A DNA stretch of 64,000 bases from IMG/VR virus record IMGVR_UViG_3300030102_006903, positions 49,374-113,373 of that record. One strand, written 5' to 3'. Each line of letters starts with the position of its first letter. Position 1 is the stretch's first letter. Source of the DNA: a virus. Positions 28,213-38,343 of this stretch are shown piece by piece. The notes beneath the pieces are model-generated. The model was not told the DNA's origin. It was given only the letters and a program-made list of their open reading frames with translations, and searched no databases. The translations under genes were made by a program, and so were the position numbers.

Positions 28213-28442
28213 TATAATACTTCTTTTGTTGAGAAATACTTCTCTAAAGTTTCTAATCTTTCATCTGCAGATGCTAATAATTTCAAAGCAGCAGTTGCGT
28301 TATCCCAAAAATCTTTAGTAGAATGGTCTCCTATTCCACTTGGAAAGTTTTTAAGTAAATCTAACGATAATAATGCTTTGTTCTTATCAGCCTCAGCTTC
28401 TGACTTTAACATATCATAAAGTCTTTTATCTATTTTTGCCAT
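28212..28442 (-). CDS. hypothetical protein
   Basis: 76 aa; GIGDHS motif; coupled to its neighbours. Confidence 0.7.
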   Translation of the reverse strand: MAKIDKRLYDMLKSEAEADKNKALLSLDLLKNFPSGIGDHSTKDFWDNATAALKLLASADERLETLEKYFSTKEVL

Positions 28443-28451
28443 AATTTAAAT

Positions 28452-29576
28452 TTATTCTGTGCTACCTTCAGTATCAAGTTCCATTGAGTCAATATCAAGT
28501 GTATCTGATTTATATTGTAAGATTGATTCTTCACAAATCTTTTTGTAAATTTGTTCTCTTACATCATCTCTATCTTCCATCAAACCAATAAATTCTTTTG
28601 ATTGGAATTTAATCTCTTCACCTGTATCAGTATCAACATAAGTGTACCAGGCACCAGCTTGTTTTACTAATTTATTTTCTTTCATCACCTTTAACCAAGA
28701 ACCATAGTTATCGATTCCTCTATCAAAATAGATTTCAAAATCTGCTGCTCTTAGTGGTGGTCCCATTCGGTTTTTAACAACCTGACAACGAACTTTCATA
28801 CCAACAACTTTATCGTTGCCGTTTACCTTTTGTTTGATTTGTCCCATTCCCTTCAATCTCAATCTTACAGAGGCATGGAAAGCAAGAGCTTTTCCACCAC
28901 TTGTAGTCCATGGGTCACCAAACGGCATTGCGTTCATTTTTTGTCTTAATTGGTTGGTAAATACCAAAGTAATTTTCTGTCTACCAATCATATTGGTAAT
29001 CTTTCTCATCGCCTTTGATATAATAATTGCTTTATCAGTAGCATATCCATCTTTGTTGTAATCAGATGCCAACTCGTTTTTAGTTGAAGCAGCTGCAACT
29101 GAATCTACTACGATAGTAACCAATTTATCTCTATCAGTAGTTCTTACCTTTTCGATGATAGTTTCTGTGAAATCAAAGATTTGTTCAACTGAATCTGCTG
29201 ATACATAAAGAAGTTTAGAGACGTCAACACCGATTGCCTCTAAAAATTCTCTACTTACTGCAGTTTCTGTATCAATCAATACAGCAACTCCACCCAATTT
29301 TTGCGTTTCAGCTAAAAGGTGTGCAGATACTAATGATTTTCCACTTTGTTCTAAACCAGTAATTTCTGTGATTCTACCAACTGGTAAACCACCATAAGGA
29401 CGATTAGAAACAGCAACATCCAACATAGCACAACCTGTCGATACCCACCCTTCTACATTGGTAGGTGCTTCATCTGAATCAAGGAAGTATGCTACTTTTT
29501 GGTCTTTGGAATATTTGTTAAGTTCACCCGCAAGAACATCTGCTAGGTCTAGCTCTTTTGCTTTCTTTTTCGCCAT
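28452..29576 (-). CDS. recA: RecA/UvsX recombinase
   Basis: GGLPVGRITEITGLEQSGKS, VVDSVAA, NQLR, TSGGKALAFHASVRL. Confidence 0.95.
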   Translation of the reverse strand: MAKKKAKELDLADVLAGELNKYSKDQKVAYFLDSDEAPTNVEGWVSTGCAMLDVAVSNRPYGGLPVGRITEITGLEQSGKSLVSAHLLAETQKLGGVAVLIDTETAVSREFLEAIGVDVSKLLYVSADSVEQIFDFTETIIEKVRTTDRDKLVTIVVDSVAAASTKNELASDYNKDGYATDKAIIISKAMRKITNMIGRQKITLVFTNQLRQKMNAMPFGDPWTTSGGKALAFHASVRLRLKGMGQIKQKVNGNDKVVGMKVRCQVVKNRMGPPLRAADFEIYFDRGIDNYGSWLKVMKENKLVKQAGAWYTYVDTDTGEEIKFQSKEFIGLMEDRDDVREQIYKKICEESILQYKSDTLDIDSMELDTEGSTE

Positions 29577-29587
29577 ATAGTTTTGTA

Positions 29588-30406
29588 TTAATTGTTAAAC
29601 AAGTCATCGAATGCAGCTGCAACATCATCAGTTTTCTTTGAATCTGATTTTGTTTCTACTGAACCACCATCATTAGATGTAGTAGTTTTAGTTTCAGTTA
29701 CAGGTTTAGTTGAAAGAGATTCTTGTGAAACTGATTCATCTTTACCTTCTGCAGTTGGATTCAACCATCCTTCTAATACTGATTTTAATTCATCATAAGA
29801 TAATTCAGAATATAAATCTGTAATTTCAGTTTGTGATTCAATAAATGAAGTTGCCTTATCTGTATCCTCACTCAATGGTGTTTCGCTTGGTTTAACTCTA
29901 ATAGTAGTAGTTGGATAAGTGGTACCAGCCTGTTCTGCTGATTTATATTCGATTGTTAAATCTCTACCACTTGTAGGGTCAGTAATATCACCATAATCTG
30001 GGTCTGCAATATAACCAAGAATCTCTTGATATACAGTTTTACCAAATCCCCAAAATCTTACTCCTTCACCTTCTTCACCTCTTACAATAACAGGTACGAA
30101 AGTTCTTAACTTTGGTTCCATAGCTTTTGCAGCTTTCCAATCATCTTTATCACCCATTCTTTTTAGTTTATCCGCAAACTCTACAATAGGGTCTGGTCTA
30201 CCAAATGATTGTGGTGATAAATAAGTTTTGTTGTTAATGTTGTAGTGAAAATAAAGTTCAATGAAAGGATTATCTCTGTTGAACTTATAGGGAACTATTC
30301 TTACAGTATGTTTCCCTGGTGTTGGTTTCCACAAAGCATCTGTTTTTCTTTGTGTGTTTTGTAGTTTGTTCAGTCTACTTCTGATTGCATTAATGTCTAG
30401 TGCCAT
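29588..30406 (-). CDS. single-stranded DNA-binding protein (T4 gp32-like)
   Basis: WKP..G...VRIVP, FWGFGK.VY, GRDL, and an acidic tail ending FDDLFNN. Confidence 0.85.
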   Translation of the reverse strand: MALDINAIRSRLNKLQNTQRKTDALWKPTPGKHTVRIVPYKFNRDNPFIELYFHYNINNKTYLSPQSFGRPDPIVEFADKLKRMGDKDDWKAAKAMEPKLRTFVPVIVRGEEGEGVRFWGFGKTVYQEILGYIADPDYGDITDPTSGRDLTIEYKSAEQAGTTYPTTTIRVKPSETPLSEDTDKATSFIESQTEITDLYSELSYDELKSVLEGWLNPTAEGKDESVSQESLSTKPVTETKTTTSNDGGSVETKSDSKKTDDVAAAFDDLFNN

Positions 30407-30476
30407 AATTACTCCTTTTAAATGTTATTAAATTAAATTTTAAGTTTAAGTTTTGAGTGTCAAACTTACAACACTC
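30407..30476 (-). promoter_or_regulatory. H-type pseudoknot plus AU-rich leader of the gp32-like gene (putative translational autoregulation site)
   Basis: mRNA reads GAGUGU-UG-UAAGUUU-G-ACACUC-AAAACUU-AAACUUA, then an AU tract and AAGGAG RBS. Confidence 0.6.
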
Positions 30477-30540
30477 GGTGTATATATAAATATTAGAAAA
30501 TCCCAAAAACACACCGAAATTTAAGGAATTTATTAACAAT

Positions 30541-30969
30541 TTACTTGGCCCATTTACCACTTGAAACTAATTGTGCAATGATACCATAAACTGATAAATC
30601 TTGGAAGGTATCTTCACATGATTCACCTATATTATCTTGTTTACCTAGTATAACTAATTGTTTTAATCTTTGAATCTTATCATGCATTCTAAACCAAAGA
30701 CCTGTAAGAGATACTTTCTTTTCTTCTTCAGTTTGTAAATTACTACAAACCGAAATATTTTCTGGTCCATAGTTAGATTGTTTTAAACAAAATAATTCAT
30801 ATTGTGTAAACATAATTCTTTTAAACTCTGCTGTCATTTCTGGCCATTGTTTTTCCATTTCCTCAACAACCTTTGGGTTATCATATTTGATAACTTCATC
30901 ATATTGAGGTTTAACAATCTCTGGTTTAAATTTATGATTTTTTGATTTTTTTCTAACAGTTTTCTCCAT
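30541..30969 (-). CDS. nucleotide modification-associated domain 1 (DUF1599/Nmad1-like, all-alpha NTP pyrophosphatase fold)
   Basis: KQSNYG..NI...RMHDKIQRL...ES..DT..DLSVYGII. Confidence 0.8.
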   Translation of the reverse strand: MEKTVRKKSKNHKFKPEIVKPQYDEVIKYDNPKVVEEMEKQWPEMTAEFKRIMFTQYELFCLKQSNYGPENISVCSNLQTEEEKKVSLTGLWFRMHDKIQRLKQLVILGKQDNIGESCEDTFQDLSVYGIIAQLVSSGKWAK

Positions 30970-30988
30970 AATTAAATTTTAATTTATA

Positions 30989-31020
30989 CAAATATACGAA
31001 ATTATTTTTATAATTCCAAA
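30989..31020 (-). promoter_or_regulatory. Bacteroidota-type -33/-7 promoter
   Basis: TTTG-N20-TATATTTG upstream of the Nmad1-like gene. Confidence 0.8.
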
Positions 31021-31041
31021 TAAAAATAAAGTTTTTTTTTC

Positions 31042-31230
31042 TTAAATTGAAAGATGGTTTAATTTTTCTTTCAATCTTTTCATGTGTTTACAAGGTGAAT
31101 ATGGTCTAAATTGTCTAGCCATACACTCACAATCATCAATCTTATAATCAGTAACTCGTACTTGGTAGTATTTAAGATTACCTTTCTTATCTCTACTACC
31201 CATTTCTCTATAATACCAACTATCAGCCAT
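31042..31230 (-). CDS. SWIM-type zinc finger protein
   Basis: CEC...CKH. Confidence 0.75.
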   Translation of the reverse strand: MADSWYYREMGSRDKKGNLKYYQVRVTDYKIDDCECMARQFRPYSPCKHMKRLKEKLNHLSI

Positions 31231-31538
31231 TACAAATAATTAGGACCATAAAAATTCCACTTATCACTACCATCAAAAATATTACCTCTTGAGTGTTTTG
31301 CTGGAGAGTTCCAACTTGCAGGTTTTAATAAATCACCCTTTAAAACAAGTGAACCTTTATTTACACCTTCGAACATAGAAACGAAAGCCCATACTGAAGA
31401 ACCATCAATAATTTTCATGTATTTTTTACCTTTTGATATTGATAGGGGTTCGTATTCTTTATAATCGTAATTGGCATCCCAATACTTTTTTCTTTTTTGG
31501 TTGACTTTTTCTAACCAAATTTCAAATTGTGATTTCAT
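31230..31538 (-). CDS. conserved phage hypothetical protein
   Basis: GKKY.KI...SVWAFV...GDLLKPASWNSPAKHSRGNI. Confidence 0.75.
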   Translation of the reverse strand: MKSQFEIWLEKVNQKRKKYWDANYDYKEYEPLSISKGKKYMKIIDGSSVWAFVSMFEGVNKGSLVLKGDLLKPASWNSPAKHSRGNIFDGSDKWNFYGPNYL

Positions 31539-31565
31539 ACTTTAAGTTTTAATTTATTTACATAG

Positions 31566-31597
31566 TAAATATACGAAAAAAAAATGAGAAATCCAAA
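31566..31597 (-). promoter_or_regulatory. Bacteroidota-type promoter, -7 variant TATATTTA
   Basis: TTTG-N20-TATATTTA. Confidence 0.7.
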
Positions 31598-31608
31598 TAA
31601 AAAGTGAA

Positions 31609-32010
31609 TTATTTTTGATTAAATTCTATTACCTCGAAGATTCTTGTAGAAATTTTCTTTGTGCCTTCTACATTGGTAACGATGATTGAGTTTTTAAATT
31701 TATCCCAATCGATAGAAAATGATTTATCCAATACACCATTGTTTTCTTCTTTTACTAATTCATTAAGAGCATTAATAGTATAAAGAGTGTTACTTTGTTT
31801 TTTACGATGCACTAATATTGTATTATCCAAAGGTTTCTCTGGTTTATATTGTGTATCTATATTATAAGTTACGAAAAGTTCATCCAAATTACCCTTATTT
31901 TGGAGTACATAAATATAGTTGTAAACTATGTGATATGTCTCTCTTATAAGTTGTAGGGTATTTTGAAGTTCCTCTTTGGTTGTAAAGGTACAGAGTAACT
32001 GTGTTTGCAT
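31609..32010 (-). CDS. hypothetical protein
   Basis: 133 aa ORF (QLLCTF...HRKKQSNTLYTINALN) after a late-type motif. Confidence 0.75.
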   Translation of the reverse strand: MQTQLLCTFTTKEELQNTLQLIRETYHIVYNYIYVLQNKGNLDELFVTYNIDTQYKPEKPLDNTILVHRKKQSNTLYTINALNELVKEENNGVLDKSFSIDWDKFKNSIIVTNVEGTKKISTRIFEVIEFNQK

Positions 32011-32110
32011 ATGTTTTCCTATCTATATAATTATTCACTTATAAATATAATTTATATTTTGGAAAACTACGAATAATGTACTTTATAATATACGGCTCGT
32101 AATATCGTTG

Positions 32111-34231
32111 TTATTTAGAACTTTTTCTTCTTGAATCTACCTTAGAAGAGATACAATCTCTCATATCTTTACCAAAATGACTGGCTACTTTTTGTGAAGT
32201 ACCAGCAGTTCTCCAAGTATCTTCACATATTTCAGTTGAACCATTTTCATTTGTAATGATGATTGCACCTGATTTTGAATCTACTTTACATCTTTCTCTA
32301 AGATGTTTTTTTAGTTCTTCTCTACCTTCAGTTGTGGATAAATCTCCATTGAATCCACTCTTTTCTCCTAAACACCCTCTAATATCTTGTGGTTGTGCTC
32401 CTCTGATTCCCATTTGTAAAATCATTTTACCATCACCACCATCTATATAAGAATCAAAATGCATTGCATCCATTACTGTTCCTATATATCCTTGTACATG
32501 AGGACCATTTTTACCATCTTTTGGAAATCCAAGTTTTTCATCTGCACCTTTAATATCTTCAACTACTTTATTATGTGAATTTTTAACAGCATTTTTTTCA
32601 TTTTGTTTGATGGTGATACATTTTTTTATAGATGATGATTCAAAATCAATTGATGGGTTTTCTTCTTGGAATTTTTTTGTTTGTGTAAACTCACCAATCT
32701 TTGTCGAAATTTTACCATAAGGTTCAAATGCAGGATTTTTTCCATTTGCAAGTAAAAAGTTAGAATGTTCTTGCATTAGTTTAAGTTTTTCTTCAGTACT
32801 TAATGAACTATAAGATTTACCCTTATCCTCAACATATTTTACAAAAGCTTTATTATCATCAAGTGTATCTATATATTTTTTCATTTGTGGAAGTTCACAA
32901 ACTTTTACGAAATTTTCATCTATATCAATTAAATTAGTTGCTTTAACTGATGCCTTTTTTACATCTGATACTAACTCAATACCATTATCAATTGATTTGA
33001 CAACTGATTTTGCAACATCTTCACCAAATCTTTCTTTGATAATATTGAATCTTTTTGCTGGTGTGGTGTTATTTTGAGGGTCTCTTAAATCATCACCTTT
33101 TTTATTTGAGATTGAAACCACACACATTCTACCTTCAGAATCTTGTCCAACTGTATATGTATCGTGATATTTTCTAAATTTTTGGAATGATTTTAATTCT
33201 TTTGTAAAGTAATCAATATCTTCTTGATTATTATTCTTTTTTGCATTTTCTAATCTTTTAGATATTTTAGATTCTAATTCATCATCAATTTGAGTTTCAG
33301 ATTGAATTGTAGTATTAGGTTTACTCATATCCATATTAGTATCTTCATCTAATATTTTACGAGTTGCAAGAGTACCATCATAAGAAGCTCTCATCCATTC
33401 AAGATATGGTTCATCTTTACCATTAAAACCTTTTTTACCTTTTAAATAAAATACAGAATTATCAATATTTTTAATTCTATCCAATTCTTGTTGAGCAAAT
33501 TCTTCACGAGTTGCAAGATAATTATTAAATTCATCACTATTAGGGTCTAATCCTATTGCTTCTGCCGTTCTTACTTCTACTGCTGTTTTTTTTCTATCTA
33601 ATCCCTTTTGTCTTTCTTCTATTTTTTCTTTATTTTTTTCTTTGAAATCCGATTCGTTGAAAGTATTCATTGTATTACAATATCGAGATTCACCTTGAGA
33701 TGCAACTGGTCCACCTGCACCTGCAGTTCCCATATCTCTTTTTTGTTGTAAATCAGATTGAGTTTTTTCTAAACTATTTTTTACTTGTTCATTTGATTGA
33801 GGAATTGATTCAGAATCAGTAGTGCCTTCACCATCTTCTTCTTCTTTTTTCTTTTTCTTAACATCTGGTCTATCAGCAAAATCTTTTGCACCTAACTTTG
33901 TTGGGTCTTTTTTCTCTGGTTCATCAACTTTTGTTTTATTTTTATTTCTGAGAGCATCTGCTGCTTTATATTGAGGAGATTCTTTATCTGCTGCAATTGC
34001 ATTTCTATAAGTAGTTTTTTTTGTTTCACCTTTTTTGTTCTGATAAGTAACTTCAGTATCATCATCTATTTCGGTAAGGAATTCAAATATAGTATCTTTT
34101 ACTTCATACTCACCCCATTCTGAAAGGATTTCAGACATAATAGATTGGTGTTCCTTATTATGTATATTAGGAATTCCAACTCTAAATGAGAGTTCTTTTA
34201 CTAATTTATCTATGATTTGTTTATAATCCAT
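32111..34231 (-). CDS. large charged hypothetical protein, possibly a head-internal protein
   Basis: 706 aa, K/E/D-rich, late-type motif upstream; no family recognised. Confidence 0.7.
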   Translation of the reverse strand: MDYKQIIDKLVKELSFRVGIPNIHNKEHQSIMSEILSEWGEYEVKDTIFEFLTEIDDDTEVTYQNKKGETKKTTYRNAIAADKESPQYKAADALRNKNKTKVDEPEKKDPTKLGAKDFADRPDVKKKKKEEEDGEGTTDSESIPQSNEQVKNSLEKTQSDLQQKRDMGTAGAGGPVASQGESRYCNTMNTFNESDFKEKNKEKIEERQKGLDRKKTAVEVRTAEAIGLDPNSDEFNNYLATREEFAQQELDRIKNIDNSVFYLKGKKGFNGKDEPYLEWMRASYDGTLATRKILDEDTNMDMSKPNTTIQSETQIDDELESKISKRLENAKKNNNQEDIDYFTKELKSFQKFRKYHDTYTVGQDSEGRMCVVSISNKKGDDLRDPQNNTTPAKRFNIIKERFGEDVAKSVVKSIDNGIELVSDVKKASVKATNLIDIDENFVKVCELPQMKKYIDTLDDNKAFVKYVEDKGKSYSSLSTEEKLKLMQEHSNFLLANGKNPAFEPYGKISTKIGEFTQTKKFQEENPSIDFESSSIKKCITIKQNEKNAVKNSHNKVVEDIKGADEKLGFPKDGKNGPHVQGYIGTVMDAMHFDSYIDGGDGKMILQMGIRGAQPQDIRGCLGEKSGFNGDLSTTEGREELKKHLRERCKVDSKSGAIIITNENGSTEICEDTWRTAGTSQKVASHFGKDMRDCISSKVDSRRKSSK

Positions 34232-34246
34232 ACTATACTATAAATA

Positions 34247-37234
34247 TTAAGGTGCAATATTCTTGTAAGGATGGTCACTCGGTAGAGAACTTTCCAATCC
34301 CCATTTGTGTGCAAGATAACCTTCTGCTTTTTCTAATGTTGATATATCAGTACCACTTGTACCAGGTATATCTGCTACTGCAAAGAATTCACCTAATTTA
34401 CCAAATAATCTTTGTGATGACCTGTTTCTCATTATTCTTAATTGTTGGTTTGTTTGTAATGAGTTATCATAATCATTGACTGGTGTAAATGCATTTGTAC
34501 CATCTACTCTAACACCGATTTGGTTTCCACTCTTATTGAAAAAACATGCAACTACATGCCATTGGTTTTGTGTTAAACTTACTGCATTCCAAACTTCTGT
34601 ATTACCAATGGTACTACTAATTCTGTTACTAGATAAGCCATCTAAATCTAATTCACCTGTGAATGAAGAATTGTTACCACTACTAACCGCATAATCTCTT
34701 TTTGGTGAACCATTTGTTTCGTAACTCCAAAGAGAATCTTTATTACTATCTACTCCTACATATCGAAATACTCCAATTGCCCAATGGTTACCTGAGGATA
34801 CTTGTGCTGCATAAGTTGTACTTGTTAAATCATCACCACCATCAAACTCAAACACATTCAATCCATTTTGAGTTACCATATTAGTTTGTGGATTACCATT
34901 AACTGTCAATGTAAATGTTCCTGATTTATCAGTTACACTTGTTAAAGTGTCTCCAATTTTTGTGTGAGTTGAAGAATCTGATGCATCAATCCAAGCAACA
35001 GTTGTTATATCTGTACTTGGTGACCAAGAAGTTGGAGTACTACCTGTAAAATTAAAATTCAATCTATTATTAGTTACAAATACTCCATCACTTGAAGTGG
35101 TATGATTCCAAGTTATACCAGCTTCCCATGTATCACCATTATAAGGCATTGCACCTATATCTTTTGTTAATACATCATCACCAGATGGATTGAATTCATA
35201 ATTAGTATATGTAGTATTTCCTGCATCTACTATTGAACTATCATTTATTGGTCTGAAGTCAAAACTTGCTGTATTTATTAAATAATCTTCTACATTAGAT
35301 GCAGTAAAATTATTTGAACTTGTAATCCAACTTTCAAATGCTACATCATCACTTCTATGTCCACTCAATGTTTCAGATAAGTTATTCATTACTACTGAAC
35401 CATAGTTTATGTTCTGACCTGCTTGTACATTTAGTACCATTATATCATTCTTCACCGTACTATTGAAAGCAGTGTTATTATATACAAAATGACCACCAAC
35501 ATTATCTCCATTACCATCCAACATACCACCTTTTGCCATAATTGCACCTTCACAATTCCATCCTATATTATGGTGAATACTTCCATTGAATCCTTCACCA
35601 TCACCATCGAATCTGATACCATATTTAATTGTATCATGAACCCAATTAAATCTTACTTTAGAACCTGATTGTTGAGCTGCCATAAGATGTATCATAGCAC
35701 CATCACTTTGTAGATATCCACTTTCAGCTAAATCATTATATTCTATAATCGGTGCATTACCTGAATTCAATGTAGATGAAGCTGCTGTTTTTCGGAAAGT
35801 ATTATTTCTAACAAAGTTATCATCACCCATTAATCTAAGTGTTGTCATTACAGATGATAAATTTGCAACAGTTTTATCTATATAATTAAAATAACAATCT
35901 ATAATTGTTGTATTCCCACCTTGTGTGTGAATTACATCACCATCAGTATATCTAAACGAACATCCATTAAAAGTAACATTTGGACTACTTGTAAATCTTG
36001 TTTGAGTTTCAAAAACTTCATTACTTGCTGGAGCAATAGTTGAACCAGAATTAATTTGATTTAACATATGAGCATAACAACTTGCATATAAGAAATTACA
36101 ATCACGAACTACTAATCTATGAGCACTATTTCCTTTGAGTGTGGTAGAGAAAAAATTAATCTTTTCAACAGATACATCATCTGAGGTTATATTTAGAGAA
36201 TAACTTTGTTGTTTTGCTCTTATATTTGTTAAACTTGGAACCGCATCACTTGGTAACCAAACATATAGGTATTTTGTATCATTATCAAAGAACCATTCGT
36301 TTTCACTATTTAGATATTGTAATTTATTTTCCAAATAGTAGTAATGGTGTTTTTCTTTCCATGTTGCAACATCATCGTAAGATAATCTAATAACATTATT
36401 ACTACTATCTAATGATTGTGAATTTACTAATTTAGAATAAGTTCTAAATGAACCAACATTTAAATTAATCATAGAACCAGAAGTAGTAAATGAAGCATCT
36501 ATTCCTTGTTGAGTTGTAACGAAATCATATAAACTAGCACTATAACTTCCACTAAAACTATGTGCTACATCAACTATTTCTCCATTTTCATAATAATAAT
36601 GACTACCAGTACCGGTACCTAAAACAGTACCATTAGCATTTTCGATATCTCCATTATTTTTTAAATCATAATATCCATGACCCCAATTATTCCAATCATA
36701 TACTCCCTCATCACTCCATTGAGCACTTGGATATCTTGCATTTATAACTTCATCTCTATTATAAAAAAGTTGCCAGATTTCAACATCTGAATTTAATTTA
36801 ATTTTATAAATTGTTTTACTACTAATTGTTTGGTTAGTATCTGTAACAATATCAGTAGTGTGTGTTTGCCAGTTTCCGCCATTTACAGAAGTATCTCTTA
36901 AATCAGAAATAGGTTTTGTTCCATCAAATGTAACTTTTTCATCTTTGTATCCTTGTATTGATAAACCATTATTTGATATTTCTTGTTCATTAAATTCATA
37001 AGAACCTTCTCTAAGATATATTGTGTTTTGGTCTGTAATTCTTGAAATAGCATAATTTAAGGTTTGGAATGGATTATTTATATCTCCATTACTACCTGAT
37101 GCATCGGTTCCATCAATTGATACATAATATGCCCTTGGTGGCCAAATATGTTGGTTATCACGATAAACATCATCTACCCCAACATTATTTAAAAAAATGC
37201 TTTGTGCTGTATTAATTCTGAGTCGTCTACTCAT
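34247..37234 (-). CDS. right-handed beta-helix protein with a C-terminal beta-sandwich (LamG-like) domain; putative virion depolymerase or adhesin
   Basis: YYVS..G.D...G....PFQT...A start of the beta-helix, Asn-ladder repeats (HHNIGWN, VYNNT), and WIDASD...EGYLAHKWG at the C-terminus. Confidence 0.7.
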   Translation of the reverse strand: MSRRLRINTAQSIFLNNVGVDDVYRDNQHIWPPRAYYVSIDGTDASGSNGDINNPFQTLNYAISRITDQNTIYLREGSYEFNEQEISNNGLSIQGYKDEKVTFDGTKPISDLRDTSVNGGNWQTHTTDIVTDTNQTISSKTIYKIKLNSDVEIWQLFYNRDEVINARYPSAQWSDEGVYDWNNWGHGYYDLKNNGDIENANGTVLGTGTGSHYYYENGEIVDVAHSFSGSYSASLYDFVTTQQGIDASFTTSGSMINLNVGSFRTYSKLVNSQSLDSSNNVIRLSYDDVATWKEKHHYYYLENKLQYLNSENEWFFDNDTKYLYVWLPSDAVPSLTNIRAKQQSYSLNITSDDVSVEKINFFSTTLKGNSAHRLVVRDCNFLYASCYAHMLNQINSGSTIAPASNEVFETQTRFTSSPNVTFNGCSFRYTDGDVIHTQGGNTTIIDCYFNYIDKTVANLSSVMTTLRLMGDDNFVRNNTFRKTAASSTLNSGNAPIIEYNDLAESGYLQSDGAMIHLMAAQQSGSKVRFNWVHDTIKYGIRFDGDGEGFNGSIHHNIGWNCEGAIMAKGGMLDGNGDNVGGHFVYNNTAFNSTVKNDIMVLNVQAGQNINYGSVVMNNLSETLSGHRSDDVAFESWITSSNNFTASNVEDYLINTASFDFRPINDSSIVDAGNTTYTNYEFNPSGDDVLTKDIGAMPYNGDTWEAGITWNHTTSSDGVFVTNNRLNFNFTGSTPTSWSPSTDITTVAWIDASDSSTHTKIGDTLTSVTDKSGTFTLTVNGNPQTNMVTQNGLNVFEFDGGDDLTSTTYAAQVSSGNHWAIGVFRYVGVDSNKDSLWSYETNGSPKRDYAVSSGNNSSFTGELDLDGLSSNRISSTIGNTEVWNAVSLTQNQWHVVACFFNKSGNQIGVRVDGTNAFTPVNDYDNSLQTNQQLRIMRNRSSQRLFGKLGEFFAVADIPGTSGTDISTLEKAEGYLAHKWGLESSLPSDHPYKNIAP

Positions 37235-37236
37235 TG

Positions 37237-37704
37237 TTATCCTTGTATGATATATAAAGTACCACTAACTGGTGTAATGAGTGCATAAGATGCAGATGTC
37301 ATTACTTCTATAACATTAGCGGAAGATGAACTTACATATCCATCTAATTGAGATGAACCACTTACAATATTACTTGGTACTGAAGTAACATCAGTATAAT
37401 CAACTGAACCACTTGATGTTAAATACGAAGATGTTGCTGCATTTAATGATGTATTAGCATTAGATGCAGTAAATGCATTTAACGAAGTATTTATTGAAGA
37501 TTCAGATATAAATCCTAAACCTGTTATTTGTTGTGAACCACTTATAATACCATCACCATTCGTATTAAGATATCTTGTATCAAAAGTTGATGTGGTATTT
37601 GCAGAATCAACTAACCATGTTGTTCCATTATAACGATAAACCGTCCCATTACTCGCAGTATGGGTATCTCCACTTGATGCTCCATCAGGAAAGTTGAAAG
37701 CCAT
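37237..37704 (-). CDS. short tail-fibre-like structural protein
   Basis: MAFNFP...Y.YNGTTW, ISGS repeats, C-terminal TLYII. Confidence 0.65.
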   Translation of the reverse strand: MAFNFPDGASSGDTHTASNGTVYRYNGTTWLVDSANTTSTFDTRYLNTNGDGIISGSQQITGLGFISESSINTSLNAFTASNANTSLNAATSSYLTSSGSVDYTDVTSVPSNIVSGSSQLDGYVSSSSANVIEVMTSASYALITPVSGTLYIIQG

Positions 37705-37731
37705 AATTAAATCTCCTTTTTATTATAAGTA

Positions 37732-38343
37732 TTAGTTAGTACAATCTACCTCATATTCTTCCCAACCTTGTGTCGGTTTTTCATTAGGGAAAACAAACTT
37801 TCTACAAGTTCCATCTTCTTCAAAGTAAATTGTTTTACTCATATGAGTTGGAATATGACCACCACTTGGTAGAATTTCATACCCATCTTCCCATATTAGT
37901 TCAACTGTGATTGTAAGGTTTTGTTCATCATCCCAAACTCTTTCTTGTTCTTCTAATAATCTCCACTCACCTCTATTTAGGTTTTGTTCTTGTAGAGCAC
38001 AATTTAAAAACGAAAAGGTTTGTTTTAGATTCACCATAGAATCAGAATATGTTGCAGCTGGTGCAAGATGTCCTTTATCCCAAATGTTTTGATAATAATC
38101 AGCATTATCAGATGTATGATAATCTGGTTCAGTATAAAAATTCATATTTCCTCTATCAACATTCTTAGGTCTATCTGTTGAGGTATAAACTAATTTTACT
38201 GGTTGTTCTTTTACTTCATTGTACCAAACTTTAAAAACTTGGTTCTCTACTATCACTTCCTGTCTTAATTCTTGAGCGATGATTTGTTCTGCCTCACATC
38301 CACTTAACAATAGAGCGAGTAGTAATATTTTAAATAATTTCAT
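37732..38343 (-). CDS. DNA/RNA non-specific endonuclease (NucA/EndA His-Me finger), predicted lipoprotein
   Basis: WDKGHLAPA...TF...N...Q...LNRG.W..LE. Real start is MKLFKILLLALLLSGC (lipobox) at 38343. Confidence 0.88.
   Translation of the reverse strand: MKLFKILLLALLLSGCEAEQIIAQELRQEVIVENQVFKVWYNEVKEQPVKLVYTSTDRPKNVDRGNMNFYTEPDYHTSDNADYYQNIWDKGHLAPAATYSDSMVNLKQTFSFLNCALQEQNLNRGEWRLLEEQERVWDDEQNLTITVELIWEDGYEILPSGGHIPTHMSKTIYFEEDGTCRKFVFPNEKPTQGWEEYEVDCTN

Noticed and set aside
13955-29576. Inteins or group I introns in PolB, NrdA/B, DnaB or RecA
   Set aside because: All are of normal length with contiguous motifs.
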